A DNA stretch of 64,000 bases from the human T2T-CHM13v2.0 reference genome, Homo sapiens: NCBI RefSeq assembly GCF_009914755.1, contig NC_060933.1, one strand, 5' to 3'. The number at the start of each line of letters is the position of its first letter. The stretch's first letter is position 1. The notes under the pieces are model-generated. The model was given only the letters and a program-made list of their open reading frames with translations, was not told the origin of the DNA and ran no database searches. This document shows, in pieces, positions 47,388 through 61,599 of the stretch. The position numbers and the translations under genes were made by a program.

Positions 47388-47519
47388 GGCTAGGCACAGT
47401 GGTTCAGACCTGTAATCCCAGCATTTCGGGAGGCTGAAGCTGGAAGATCACTTGAGATCAAGAGTTTGAGATCAGCCTAGGCAAAATAGCGAGACACTAT
47501 CTCTATTAAAAAAAAAAAA
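47388..47519 (+). mobile_element. Free left Alu monomer (FLAM_C or AluJ left arm)
   Basis: ggctaggcacagtggttcagacctgtaatcccagc...gagacactatctcta plus an A-tail, with no right arm. Confidence 0.85.
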
Positions 47520-48939
47520 TTTGTACACAAGTCAGATAATATAATTTTGTTTTTTAATGTTTTGCTTTGATTATTATACTCTTATTCTATACTCATTTGA
47601 TTCTCTTTTGGAACTGTATAAATTCTTTTCCATTTGAAATACCAAAGGGATTATTATGCTTGATTTTGAAGAGATGATTACACATGGTGTTTAAAAACTT
47701 CAGGCATCATTACATAACCCAAACACAGCTATACACAGATAATAAACGCATACATTTTTCTTAGTCTATACTATCATTTAACTTAAAGTTGCAAACATGG
47801 GTTATTATATGCATCCTTTGACTTTGAATGGCTGCCATAATTGTTTACTGAGGTAATATACCTTACCTCTCCTGCTTTTCTCTTTAGGGAAACCTTGTGA
47901 CGTATAAAGTAATGTAAATTAATAGAGTACTGATTCAGAGCACTTTCCAAATGAGTTATGTTTAAGCTGAAAATTAATAAGTTTAATGTATATAAAATAA
48001 AATACAGGCAAAAATAAAAAACATACCTCTTTTTCTTCTTCATGTGATCCGAGTAACAGAATACAAGGATAAACAAAATAGGATAACTAATTACAAAGAA
48101 AAAGTCATGATGACCTCTTTCAGTATACTTTTTTGCAGAGATAAACATAGTGGCCCTCAGACTCATGTAGCTTGCATGGATTCAAGACAAAAGAATATCT
48201 TTAATGCTTGAGTTCTAGTCTTCACCTCTGCAAATCTTTCTCAACAGTGAGGAATGGTATCAAGTTATGAAATATTCAATCTGGAAAAATTCCTGATTGG
48301 GTCCCTTTGAAAATTCATCTATTTTGCTTGGTGTATTAAAACTTAAGATGTCAGTTTTTTACTGAAAGCATAGACAGTTTATCAAACAGTGTTTTGGAGT
48401 TTGAGGGAAGAAATTGATTTCCCACAGAGAGTGAAATTTGGTCCAGAAATGAATACAGCACATTGACTTTGTTAAGGAAATGTTTGCCTGTATCCATTTG
48501 GGAATCTCTTTGAGCAATAAATTTGATGATTCTAGCCATGTACCTTCCAGTATGTCTACTGTATTGGATGATGTCGAGTTATCTTTGATTAAGAAGAGCA
48601 TGCTTTGTTATGCTAAATTTCTTTTTTATCATTATTCACTTATTTAGTTACTTTCATATAGTTTTTCTGATATTTTCTCACTAATAATAAGAGTTAACTT
48701 GGATTTTGCCATATATTCTTGGAAAGTTCCTAAGAACATTTTTTATTTTACTTTTTCTGTGCCCCACCTTCCCTACTATACAATATTACGGCCTTAGAAG
48801 GAGCAATGGGTTAAAAAACTTTTCATCTTGTTTTATTGCGATAAGAGCAGGAATTTAGGAGAATACCTCAGGGCTTTGTAAATATAAAACTAATAAAAGA
48901 ACAAGAATAAAACCATTTTACTCTGCTCTCATTCTTATA

Positions 48940-49150
48940 GTGTAATATGTAAGAGCATGGGGTTTAGGATATAAAAGAACCTCAATTTGAATCCTGCCTC
49001 TGCAACTTATTGTTTGTATGTCTTTGAATATGTTATCAAACCTATTAACCCTTAGTTTCTCCATCTGCAACATAGGAATGATAATGCCTATATCATTGTT
49101 TTGCTTTGATCATTCATTGTGGATGATATGTATAAAACACTTAGAAATAC
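48940..49150 (+). mobile_element. MIR SINE fragment
   Basis: 'tttgaatcctgcctctgcaacttattg...cttagtttctccatctgcaacataggaatgataatgcct'. Confidence 0.65.
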
Positions 49151-51390
49151 CTGTGTAATAATTTATCACCACTGAATTTGGCCTTTTTCTCAAATATCAT
49201 GCATTAAATTGACATACTTTCTAAATACACTATTTTATAAGAGAATAATTCAATATGATTTGCTGTTACCATATTCAAGATATACAGATTGTGATTGTTG
49301 GGTAATGTGCAGTGATAATGTACTTATTATGGTAACTGAAATAAAGTGGGTTGTAAACAAGTGTTAAAAATCAGTGCATTTCCCAGACAAACACAAAGTC
49401 ACAGGGGAAAAATCGTTAGTGTAAAGTCAGAAAGAACTGGAGTAAAATTTTGCTTCCAACATATTAAAGCTGTGTGACATAAAGAAATTTCAACAGATTT
49501 CTTGATTTCTTCAGTTTGAAAGAACAACAACAAAACAAGCTATATAATATTCAAACAATTGTTTTAAAGATAATTTATGATAAAAACCAAAAGTATTATT
49601 TGAGACTTCATTCAGACAGTAGTTAATGTTCTTTCAATACGTGTGCTCAATCTTCAGTGGAGCTGGTACATAGTCCTACAAATGATGATCCCAGAAACAT
49701 TTTAATTCTCTTTCAAGTTGGTCACATTCTTGGACTTTATTTATTACTTAAAGACTCTCTGCCCACTGGCATGTTATTCTGTCTCCCACACTTCTCTTCC
49801 AGCCCAACCTGTAGTTACTCCCTCATCTTCCAAGAGCCACGTGAAGGCTTCTCTGACTTCCGGCAAAATGAAGACTATGCATCCGTTGCACCCTGAACAC
49901 ACCTCTATCCTAGCACCTGTAACACTTCCGTCCCCTTATTTATCTGCATATATGCTTCTCTCTTCAAGGCTAAATGCACTCCTTGGAGGCCAGGATAGTG
50001 TCTTCTTTGTTTTTTTCATCTCCAGTTTCTGTCTTCAGAATAGACACAACCTTAGGTTGAGTGGGTTGAGTGGATGGAGAGATGGATAAGAGAAATAAAC
50101 AGATTGTCAGATGACCTCAAGAGCTCTTTCCAGAGTGCTCTTTCCAGAGCTAACTACAGAAAGTAGTTAGCTGTAACCAGGGATGCTACCTCTTAGCAGG
50201 AGAGATTAGCCACAAACTCAATTCTCATGGGCCACAAATCATCTGAAGACTGGAACTCCCGAGGTCCCCAAGTGTCAGGTAGCCACCTTTCCCAGCTCTT
50301 TCCTGACCAGGTTATACCCAAGTTCAGACTTTGATCCCAAAGCTGTCCATGAATTGCACAAAGGCCGTGCTCATGCTCTGTTTATACAAAGAGGACAGTA
50401 AGCTCTGCTGGAGGCTCCCTGCTGAAGTCTAGCACCATATTTCATCCAGCTGCACTCTAGCCCTAGGATGCCTCTAATAGGATGCTGAGAGAACCAGGGA
50501 CTATATTCACCGGCTGACGCTTCTGCCCAGACATGAGTTCCAGGCTGCACCATGTGATAGTGTTGGTGCTTCCTCCAAGTCCCTTTAACTAAAAATGGAA
50601 AAGTTGATTTGACAAAGTCATATTAAGTCCATATTAAATCTATTAAGTGATAATTAAAGAATACAGGGTCTATGTAATAGAGGAGATTGACTAGTATAGA
50701 AAGGCAGGCAGATAACTGTACCAAAAAGCCTAGGCTCAGGATAGATACTAGATCAGAAAAGAAAGTTGAGCACTGTGTGTCCTGAAACACAAGGTCCTAG
50801 AGTTAAGCTGTCAAGATAATAAAACATAGTTGATTATATAGTTTATGTGCATGCATATGTATTCACAAAGGATTTGAGGCACCTCACAAGTTCACATATA
50901 ATAAGACAGAAAATGTGAAATAATAGAAAATCAAGGACAGGGAAAATACAGACTATCTGGAAAGGTAAGACTGGAGGGAGTGAGAAATGAAGGTATGTAA
51001 GCCACAGGATTAGCTGTGGTTAGTGCAAGTATGGCTCCGATTTGGCCTAAACTTCACACATAAACACCGTCAGTGGAAGAATCTGGCCTAAAAGGAGATT
51101 TTGTCCTACATTTCAGTGTTGAAATGGAGTTGAGAAGGAAAGAGGACCTCTGTGTTCTCCATGATTGTCACATTAGCAAAAGAAACACAGGTAATTTACT
51201 GGGGAGAGGGGAGAAGAAAGAAGCAGTGAAACTTACTGAGTCAGAAGTCTGTCATCTTGAGCAGGGCGCTAAGTATCACCTCCGATTCTCTTCTTAAGAA
51301 CATATCATAAAACTAATGATACTATTTATTATCTACTGTGGGCTAGCTGCTCTTTGGACATTTTTCATTTATTACTTAACCCTATGTGAT

Positions 51391-51761
51391 TGATATGGTT
51401 AGGCTTTGTGTCCCCATCCAAATCTCATCTTGAATTATAATCCCCATGTGTTAAGGGAGAGACCAGGTGGAGGTAATTGGATCATGGGGGTGGTTTCCCT
51501 CATGCTGTTCTCCTGATAGTGAGTGAATTTCTCATGAAATCTGATGGTTATATAGGTGGCTCTTTCCCCTTCACTTGGCACTTCTCCTTCCTGCCACCTT
51601 GTGAAGAAGGTGCCTTACTTCCACTTTGCCTTCCACCATGATTGTAAGTTTCTTGAGGCCTCTCCAGCCATGCTGAACTGTGAGTCTATTAAAGCTCTTT
51701 CCCTTATAAATTACCCAGTCTTGGGCAGTTCTTCATAGTAGTATGAAAACATACTAATACA
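51391..51761 (+). mobile_element. THE1D-like (ERVL-MaLR) solo LTR inserted into a MIR
   Basis: TG...CA termini (tgatatggttaggctttgtgtcccc...actaataca), 371 bp. Perfect 5-bp TSD gtgat at 51386-51390 and 51762-51766. Confidence 0.9.
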
Positions 51762-52979
51762 GTGATAGATATAGTATGCACTTGAGAAATTTGAGAAGTC
51801 CAGTGACTTTCATGCCCAGCATGTTTATTGACACAGGTTGGTAAGACCCCTAAACCACCCTGCTCACTATAATACCAAACAAAAAAGTTCCTTCAATCAT
51901 CTGAAGACTGGTTGCCAGCAGCCTTATAGTGTTCAGAATGATGTGTGTGAGTTTAACCAGAAATTTACAAGGGAGGGGAATCTATTGGCTATAGTCAATT
52001 AGAGGCTATCCAAAGGCAGCAATCTGGTTGCCCTGGGCAATAACTGTAATGTAAGATTTGAGAAGGTGCATCTACTCAGACCTGTTTGTTTGTTCTAGAA
52101 TAAGCTTTTGAAAACATCTTTGTTCATTTATATCCACTGTATTATGGCATTCGTAGGGAGTAATACATTTGATTGAGTTGATTTTAGAGTTGGGCATTAC
52201 AACAGACAAAATGCCACCAGTGCTATCATACCAAAATAATCTTTCTCAAGGTCTCACAATCTGAGGAAGAGTGGAACCAAATCCACAGTGGTGGAGCCAC
52301 CAGGATAAGTTCTGGACATGCCTTGTGTCTCCTATCAAGGCTCTCTTCCAAGCAGAAACCAAGCTCAACCTATTTTATTAATGAGATCTGACAGAATTAT
52401 TGCCTAGGGTGGCACATACACATTGATTTTACTATGTTAAAACAATTAAAAAGCCATCAAAAGACTTTTAGCATGACTCATAATTATATACACTATAATG
52501 CTCTTAGAAATAGTTTACCAATTTAATTGAATTCTAAGAGAAGAGAAGATCTAAGAGAAGTGAAAATGAAAATACACAATAACATCTTAGGATATGATTT
52601 TATAATTCCCAGAATTTGCATTTCCAAGACAAACTTATCTTTTATGGTTATCATTACTTTAAAATAAATACAGTAATGGATTTATGTTCTCCCTTTGTTT
52701 TGAGTAAATCTGGGAAAAAAAAACGAAAAGTTTTAATGTTTCTTATTATCTCTACTGAGCTTAATTATATTGTTAACCTTGAGAAAACTGACACACAGAG
52801 GGTCAGGGAACATGATCAAGGTTCCACAGGCGAAAAGCAAGCTAGGTCTCTCTGGTTCCAAAAACCTATGCTCTTCCTGTACTTCATGATGTTCTCTCCT
52901 GTGAATTCATTCATATTTCCTGGAGCAAGAAGATACTAGTATTCTCTCCCAAACTCATAGTCTCATGAGATTTAGGTTA

Positions 52980-53372
<393 letters not shown>

Positions 53373-54116
53373 TTATCTTATTTTTCAATATGGATCATCT
53401 TTTCATTGCAGAAGCCCAAAGTTGGAACTTCCAGCGAGGAAGGTGTTCCTTAGAAGCTGATGTATTTTTTTGTGTGTGTGTCCTTGTTCCTTGCCTTCTT
53501 TGATTTGAGGAATTTGCCAGGTACACTATTTGATTTATATTCTTAGAGCAGTACATGTGATTGACGTGGAGCCCAGGGAGCTGGGTGTACTAGAGCAGCA
53601 TGTCTGCTGCTCCCAGGTCCTGCGTTGCCCTCTCCCTATCTCAAATTTCCTTCACTCCTTTCTCTTTAATGAAGCTATCAGCAAAAACCTTCTTTTTTGT
53701 TCTCTATTGACTTCATTGAGTTCTCATGACCCCTACTGTGTGTTACTATTATAGTTTCTAATTATTTTATGCTGTGTCCCTCTCATCTTCACACTCCTGA
53801 AACACTGAGCAGACTTCTAGCCCTACATTAACCAGATCATGTCAAAATTATGTTACCACATCATTTTAAGCTCTCTGTAAGCTGTTTTATCCTTTCTCTA
53901 TCTTTTAGGACTTAAAAAAATATTTGTTGATGCTTCTTTGAGAATATGAATTCCTTATAAACAGAAGTCATAATTACTTATTTTGCGTTCCTGACTTTTT
54001 CTTAGCTAGTACTTGGCTGTGGAGTTGATCCCTAAATTATCTAGAAATCTCTTGACCCGGACAGAATTGAAATCTGTCTCCTACGTGACCAGCAAGCAAG
54101 GAAAGAAAGTGGAGTG

Positions 54117-54416
<300 letters not shown>

Positions 54417-55169
54417 AAAGAAAGTGGAGTAAATGGAAGGGAAAGGAAGAAGGTAGGAATGAGAGAGAGGAAAAAGGAAGAGAGGAAAGAAGAAAAGAAT
54501 AAAAGATTACAAGAATATTATAATGGCAATAGCTAACAATTATTGGGCACTTGTGTGATTTGTCAGACAGTACGTCTTATAATATGGTATCTCATTTCAT
54601 GCTCTCAAAAAACCCTAAGCCTTAGGTTCAGTAACTTGCCTAAAATCACCCATCCAGTTAGTGACCAAACTGGGATTATAACTCAAGTCTACTGGCTAAT
54701 CAATGGTGCTTGGTCAAATAGTTAGGTACAACTCATTTTAACAATAACTAATATGTTTAAATATGCATCAGACTGAAGTCCTGCATAATTTTAACATTGC
54801 ATGATTCTCCTACAATAGAAGATAAGAAGTTAAACTCTTTAATGCAGATGAAAAGGTGAATCCATGGTCCGATGCTAGTCATTTTAGGCGCCCTTGTAAC
54901 ATGCGGTTCATATGTTAACTTTCGACGTGGCCTCATCTCTACTTTCTATTTTCTGTTTTTCAACCTCTTGGAAAATTTTTATTTGGTTTATGTATTTGTA
55001 TAAGCGGGTCTCAGGTCCTTTTGAAACAATACAGAGTGTTAAAAAAGAAAGCAAGATAGGATAAATAATTATTGCACAATTTAGTCCTAAGAGGATATAA
55101 ATATAGAGTACTAAAAAAAAACAAGATAGAATAAGTAAATATTGCATGATTTGGCTCTAGAGAGAAGCA

Positions 55170-55410
55170 CTGTCTTGTATGTCAGGAGCGTAGGTTTTGG
55201 AAGTTCACAGACAGCACCTGGGAACCAGGTGAATGTCAGTTTTACCACTTGCTGTGTGTCTTTGGATAAACTGATGAACCACTCAGAGTCTCAGGTTTTC
55301 TTGCCTATGAAATGGAGACAGTGATGTACATTTTGTTAGGGGTACAAAAATAGTTGAAAACGCTTAGTCCAGTATCTTACATCTAGTAGGTGCTCACTAA
55401 GTGGCAGCTG
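55170..55410 (+). mobile_element. MIR SINE fragment
   Basis: 'accacttgctgtgtgtctttggataaactgatgaaccactcagagtctcaggttttc...tagtaggtgctcactaagtggcagct'. Confidence 0.65.
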
Positions 55411-55779
55411 CTATTATTTACAATAAATAAAAATAGAAAGGAATGTAACTCCTTGAAATATAACATGTACTTATTATCCCAGGTTAGAAAGAGGCTATGA
55501 GTCCCAAGTGGCAGTTTCTCTGTGTCTTTGGATAGGAAGCTGTGAAATTGCTCAACAAAATAAACACAAGGGAACTTTCTGACCCCTGGTGGCAGGATTC
55601 CTGAGGCGAGTCTGGGCATTGATGCTGGGAAATTCTTACTGAAGTTTGTGAGTTGCACCTGCAGCCCATGGATCATCAGATACACGGCAACCAATGAGTG
55701 TCCAAGCAGTCATCTGGGTCCTCAGGGCAAATGTCTTACTTTGCTAAGCTGAGATTAGAAGAAATTGATTTTACTTGGA

Positions 55780-55960
55780 AGACACCAGGCACAGTTTTAA
55801 GCGCTTCATAAATATTTTAGTCCTTATGACAATGCTATCAGTTAGGGGATATTATTATCCCCAATTTGAGGATAGTGAACCAGGCATAGAGGGGATAAGT
55901 GATCTGACTGAGAGCACATAGCCAGCAAGTGTGGAGTTGGGACTGTATCCCAGGCAGTGT
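55780..55960 (-). mobile_element. MIR SINE fragment
   Basis: 'attattatccccaatttgaggatagtgaaccaggcatagaggggataagtgatctg...cacatagccagcaagtg'. Confidence 0.6.
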
Positions 55961-57627
55961 GGACTTTTTTATTGCAATAATGAAGAAAATATCATAATAA
56001 TATTTGTTTGACTTGAATGAGTTATGTTAGAGGATAAAACAGGAAAACTGGAAAGGACAGACCTTGATTAATGTTTAACTTTACCTATGCCTCTTTCTGG
56101 TTCTGTGGCCACAAACCAGACTTCTAAACTTGATTACCTCATCTATGAAATAGACATCATTGAACCTTGATTTTCTTATCTACAAAATGGGGAAAACAAT
56201 GAATGACTTCACAGGGGTTTTATGAATATGCTCAAAGATGCTTGTGGATTGTGACATGCTATATAAAGGAAAATATTATTTACCATTTGTAATTTAGGTT
56301 TACAGTATGCCAAGATATGTGTCTGTGTGTGTGTGTCTGCGTGTTGTGAATTCAAATCTGCATTGTATAAATTTGCAAGAACATTATACAAGTGTTTTTT
56401 TGTCTTTCTGAAATGTTTGTTATATGTTTTGCTTACAGTTGAAAAAAATGTTTGAGACAAAAATGCACATAAAAATTACGTCAGACTTGTTTGTGATGGC
56501 TGAAAGAACCCATTTGGGTTTATTATTATGCATTATGTCATCATTAGAACCTTCACTATTGTTCTGGTGAATATGGCACATTTATGCATTTAACTTAACT
56601 CTGGGATGTGTAGTAAAATGCCTTTTTGTTATCGAATCAGTACCTATCACCCAGAGCTATGTGAACACTCATTGGAGACCTATTATAAATATTTAGACCA
56701 TGGAACCAAAACGCAAACCCTGCCTAAACTCTGTGTCTAGATTTAGTAAATGGAGCTTAATTTTATAAAGCTAAAGGGAGGTCCCGATAAACTTAATTCT
56801 TGACTCTAAGTAAACCACCTGAATTCAGTTTAATTATCATAGCTTTTCTAATTAACAGGTTGATGATCTTTAAGAAATGCAAGTTTTAGCCTTGCTGATT
56901 TACTTTTTCTGATTGAAAGATACCCTTATTCATGTAAACACACCTCCAACTAATTTTTGCTGGGTAACACTTACTTCTCTCCTGATTATTTCCTCTTTGT
57001 TCTGTTTGAGTGACATCATAGTGGATAATTCATTTTGTTAATTGGTGACTTTGGTGGGAATTGAGTAGTACCTATACCAGCTTGCCTGTAGACAGTGAAA
57101 AATCATAACTGTTCTCTGGATCTACCTGTGTCAGATTATCTAGGCTGAGGATCTCAACAATAGATGTGCCTTGCCAGTACAGAATGCATGGAATAAGCAC
57201 ATTATTTCCCATATGTTATATGTATGTTTATGTCTCTGTTTAAAACAAAGTCTGCTTTATAAGTGGGCTACATTGCTATCTCATGTTTACCTTATAAAAT
57301 GACCTTTGTTTCTGATGCCTTCCTTTTCTTTCCTTCACCAGCCTCTTTCTCTTAACATAATCACAACCAGGTAATGTCAGTCCCCAAGAGAATGAGCACA
57401 TACATAGACTTTCCAGCTAATACTCCATTTTCTTTCTTTCCTTTCTCTTTCCCTCCAAATATAAAGTATAAATATAAAATATAAAACATGTCAGAGTTTT
57501 TAATTAATACTTTAATTAAAATTTTAACTCATTCATTAAAATTTTAATTAATTCATTAATAAGAACAACTTTTAACATATTACAACTAGCTTTAAATAGA
57601 AGTCAAAGAACACACACATATACGCTA

Positions 57628-57778
57628 ATATTATATATTAATTATATATGATATATATTAATAAATATATTATGTATGATATATTAATAAATATATATTA
57701 ATTATATATGATATATAAATAAATATATATTAATTATATATGATATATATTAATAAATATATATATTAATTAATATTA
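57628..57778. repeat. AT-rich minisatellite, about 32-34 bp unit, about 4-5 copies
   Basis: Recurring unit close to atatattaattatatatgatatatattaataaat. Confidence 0.85.
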
Positions 57779-58495
57779 CCAGGAATGCTAAGATGGATTT
57801 GTTAGTAGATGAAAAAAATTATTAATATTCCTATGACAATAATCATTGCATATTCACCAAGATTCACTTGCATTTCTGTGGATAAGAATCATTGGCATTA
57901 CTGTCAGTTTTCTATAACTTACAGGGTGGTAAAACAGCTCAAAGGCAACGAACAGCTCTGGCAGCTTAGAAGGGTATACTAGGCAGGACACCAGTAATTT
58001 TTTTTTTTGCCTATCTTAAAGTCTTTCACAATATCTCCTGATGCTCTTTTCTTTAAATAGTAATTGAGTGCCTGGCCAGGTATTATGCAGTAATCAACCA
58101 CAGAAGTAAAATTTGTCACCATAGAGTTTAAAGGCTGTCTAGAGACAGAGACATTAGAGAAACACACAAACAAATGTATAGTTACACATTGTGATAAGTT
58201 CTATTAAAAAAAAAAAGGTGACAGAGGAGAGAAGCGACAAGGTGGGTCTGAGGAAGTGATATTTAAGCCATATTTAGGATGAGCCACAGCTGGCTGGACA
58301 AAGAGAGTCCCTAGACGACCTCTCTAACCCTGGAGCACTATTTAATGGTCCCAAATTTTTAAACACTCCTAATTTATTTTCTATCTCCTTTTCCCAAAAG
58401 CAATACACAGTCGCCAGTTTTCACACTTGCCAATTCCACTTTAAGAATGTTTTTAACTTTTTAACTCCATGGCTCTTTTTGTTAACTTCTAGGTC

Positions 58496-58660
58496 AGTGT
58501 TCTTTCAAAAATTTTGTGATCGTGACCACCCAAACAGTAAGAAATACAATGGCCCCCCTCCATTTTTTCCCTATTCCATTTCATTCTACAGATGTGAGTC
58601 TCAAGACCCATTCAATTTCATAAACCAAATGAACAGCCACCTACAATTTGAAAACCATTG
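58496..58660. mobile_element. hAT-Charlie MITE (MER119-like), degenerate
   Basis: Imperfect terminal inverted repeats cagtgttctttcaaa and tttgaaaaccattg. Confidence 0.45.
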
Positions 58661-60658
58661 TTCTAAAACAAAAATTTTATCTGTTTATTTTTGTATCTCT
58701 GTTATAGGATTTCTTGTTTAAAAACAGCAAACAAAACAAAAAACCTCTCTAGGACTCTCTTCTGAGCTCTGTCCTCTACTTCAGGGACTGAAAATCTTCT
58801 GCTGACAGACCACATGTCCCCACTCAGCCAAATTGACATCTGTGGGGAAGTACCTAAATCAATATCCAATGTGCCTTCAGTTGCAAAAATGTGGCAATCC
58901 CTTAAAAATCCTTCTTTTATTTTAGAAGAGAATTTCACCGTCCCTTCAGCATCTGAAGCTAAAGATACCTTCCATGTAATTTTATATTTATCTGTTTCCT
59001 TTACAAAACTTTGCACTTTACAAGTATTGCTTCAAATGTTCCATTGAAAATCAGATAGTGAAACTTACACATTCCCAAAGCAAAAATGTTGGAAATGTTT
59101 TTTACATTCTTAGGCCAGCCCTCAACAACCCAGTTAAGCTACAAACTGTGGGACTTCAAGTGCCCCTGTTTTCATGACAGTGTTTCTGCAGGAAGTGCAT
59201 TTTGATTTTGACTTAGTATGCCAGGAATGAAAGTCTCATTCAAGGACAGAACCTGGGACTCTCCTAGGGTTGTATGAAAAGCAGTTAAGAGAAGAAACAA
59301 GTCCACTGTGACCAGATTTAGGCACCAGAAAAAATTCTGGAACCAAATCTGGACAAGGTGTGTGTATTAACGTGTATGTATTTGAGTCTTGCGCCCATGT
59401 TTAATCTACCAGTTCCTGAAAAAAAGGAAGACTTACTCCTGGTCCCCTTGAAGAAGACTGATTGCTTTGGGTTGATTGAACAGCAAACTCAAAGTCTCTG
59501 TGGTAGGAGGAAGATTGACGTGTTTATGAACTTTATGACCATGCTTGACCTCCTGGGCCAATGTTTCTTGTGTGACATGACAAAATTCCAAGTGTGTCCA
59601 TAATTTTAAACACTGAAAAGGCTTAGGATAGATTATGTTCAGCAAATGTATTTATGACTAGTTTGATTTGACCAAACATATAAATGAAACAACTTCATAG
59701 AAAAAGTAATATTTTACTTGTCACTATGTCAAACAGCCAGATCTGTAGTGCTGGTCTTGGAGAAGACTGGATTGGCCAGGCTGAAGTGTAGTTTTAAAAG
59801 TTGTTGTTGTAATCACCAGTAAAATCCTATCTTTGCAATTGCATGTGCAATTGCAAATCCATATGCAAATTGATGTTGGGCCGTTGTAAAAATGTATACA
59901 TTTCAAAAGTATGAGAGGCTACTACATCATAGCTTTCCCACAATGTGTAGTTAGAGTTTGAGTTGTCTTCCATTCAAAGGGAAGACAACTTCTAGCTCTA
60001 GGGTGCCTTTTGCCTTTTTGGTGTGGACGATAACCCTTAGGTCACACTGAGACTAGGTAAGATGTGCTTCAACATTCCCCACAAATTTTTTCCCCACAAT
60101 GGTCATAAGATTGTAAAGATTTGGGAGAGAACAACACCTGAAAGTCTTATTTTAATTTTACCTTTTGAATAGAATTTGCAGTTCATTGTCCTAAATGCAA
60201 ATTACTAGCATTTTGAGATGTGATTTATAATGGGAACTTCTATCTTTAGCCGTTAGTGTATTGAACATCAACTCAGCCTGACTTAATGCAAGACTTGACC
60301 ATTTTATTTTTTGGCAGAAATTCTCATGAATGCTCACACCAAAAATTCACTTACCACATGACTTGAAAGAAAGAAACTGTAAGCTACAAGCTCTGCTCTT
60401 CCCTCTTTCCCCTCCTTGGAATTTATTTAATATCTTTTTCACCTGATTGGATGGTACACTATTAAACTGCTAAAGCCAGTGAGATTCTTGTTCTTTCCCC
60501 TTTTGTATTCAGGGAAAACATATTTGTAGGATCACGCTCTTGATTCATTGGAACTGTGATGATAACGGACATTTTCAGGGATTGAATTGGTGTTGGTATC
60601 CTTCGGAGAACAAAACACTGTGTTCCTGGGTGAGAAGACAGTCCTAAGTTGCAAACTC

Positions 60659-60677
60659 CCAGCGCCCTCTAGTGTTG
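60659..60677 (-). promoter_or_regulatory. Candidate CTCF binding site
   Basis: The reverse complement of cagcgccctctagtgt is ACACTAGAGGGCGCTG, a near-consensus CTCF core in apparently unique sequence. Confidence 0.6.
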
Positions 60678-60931
60678 TTTTCCGTTAGAACTTAGTGAGA
60701 AGCTAAACTTTTGCCTTTGAGATGATGCTGAAAAGGTGATTGAGCCTGGGACTAGGTATTAGTGAGCTCACACTAAAGCATAAAGGTGTCTTTTTGTTTT
60801 CTGTTACTTCATAACTGTAACTAGAAAATGAGGACGTTCTGTGCTGCTGTTTCAGAAATCTATTTCTTTGATATATCTCTATAGGGAATTGACGGTTTTC
60901 AAGATAGCACATACGGAAACCTCAGAGATAG

Positions 60932-61282
<351 letters not shown>

Positions 61283-61599
61283 TAATTGTAATTTTAAAAT
61301 TTTACGTATTTAGTGTATTTTTGTTGTAAGAACAAAGTCAACTCTTAGTGATCTGTAGGCTTATTTTTCATGGTCAAGTTATCACCTGTATTTTCTTCTC
61401 TTTCTAACAGCAGTATTCCTCTTTTCTCTCCATCAATAAACCCAGAATTACATTTAGAAAATATATTTTAAAAGTTTTTAAATTAGATAAGCATAGTTAT
61501 AGTACATGTTATCATAAAATCTCTTCGAAATTCAAATACAGTTTATTTTCAAGTAGCTTATTTGAAGTTATGTAGTGTGTTTGTTATTAGGATGTATAG

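Noticed and set aside
50122-50150. Short tandem duplication gctctttccagag x2, and small hairpins at 19891-19913 and ~63472-63497
   Set aside because: Slippage-scale or chance features with no supporting context.
57628-57778. ~33-bp periodic repeat as a CRISPR-like array
   Set aside because: There are no unique spacers and the context is eukaryotic; it is a simple AT minisatellite.
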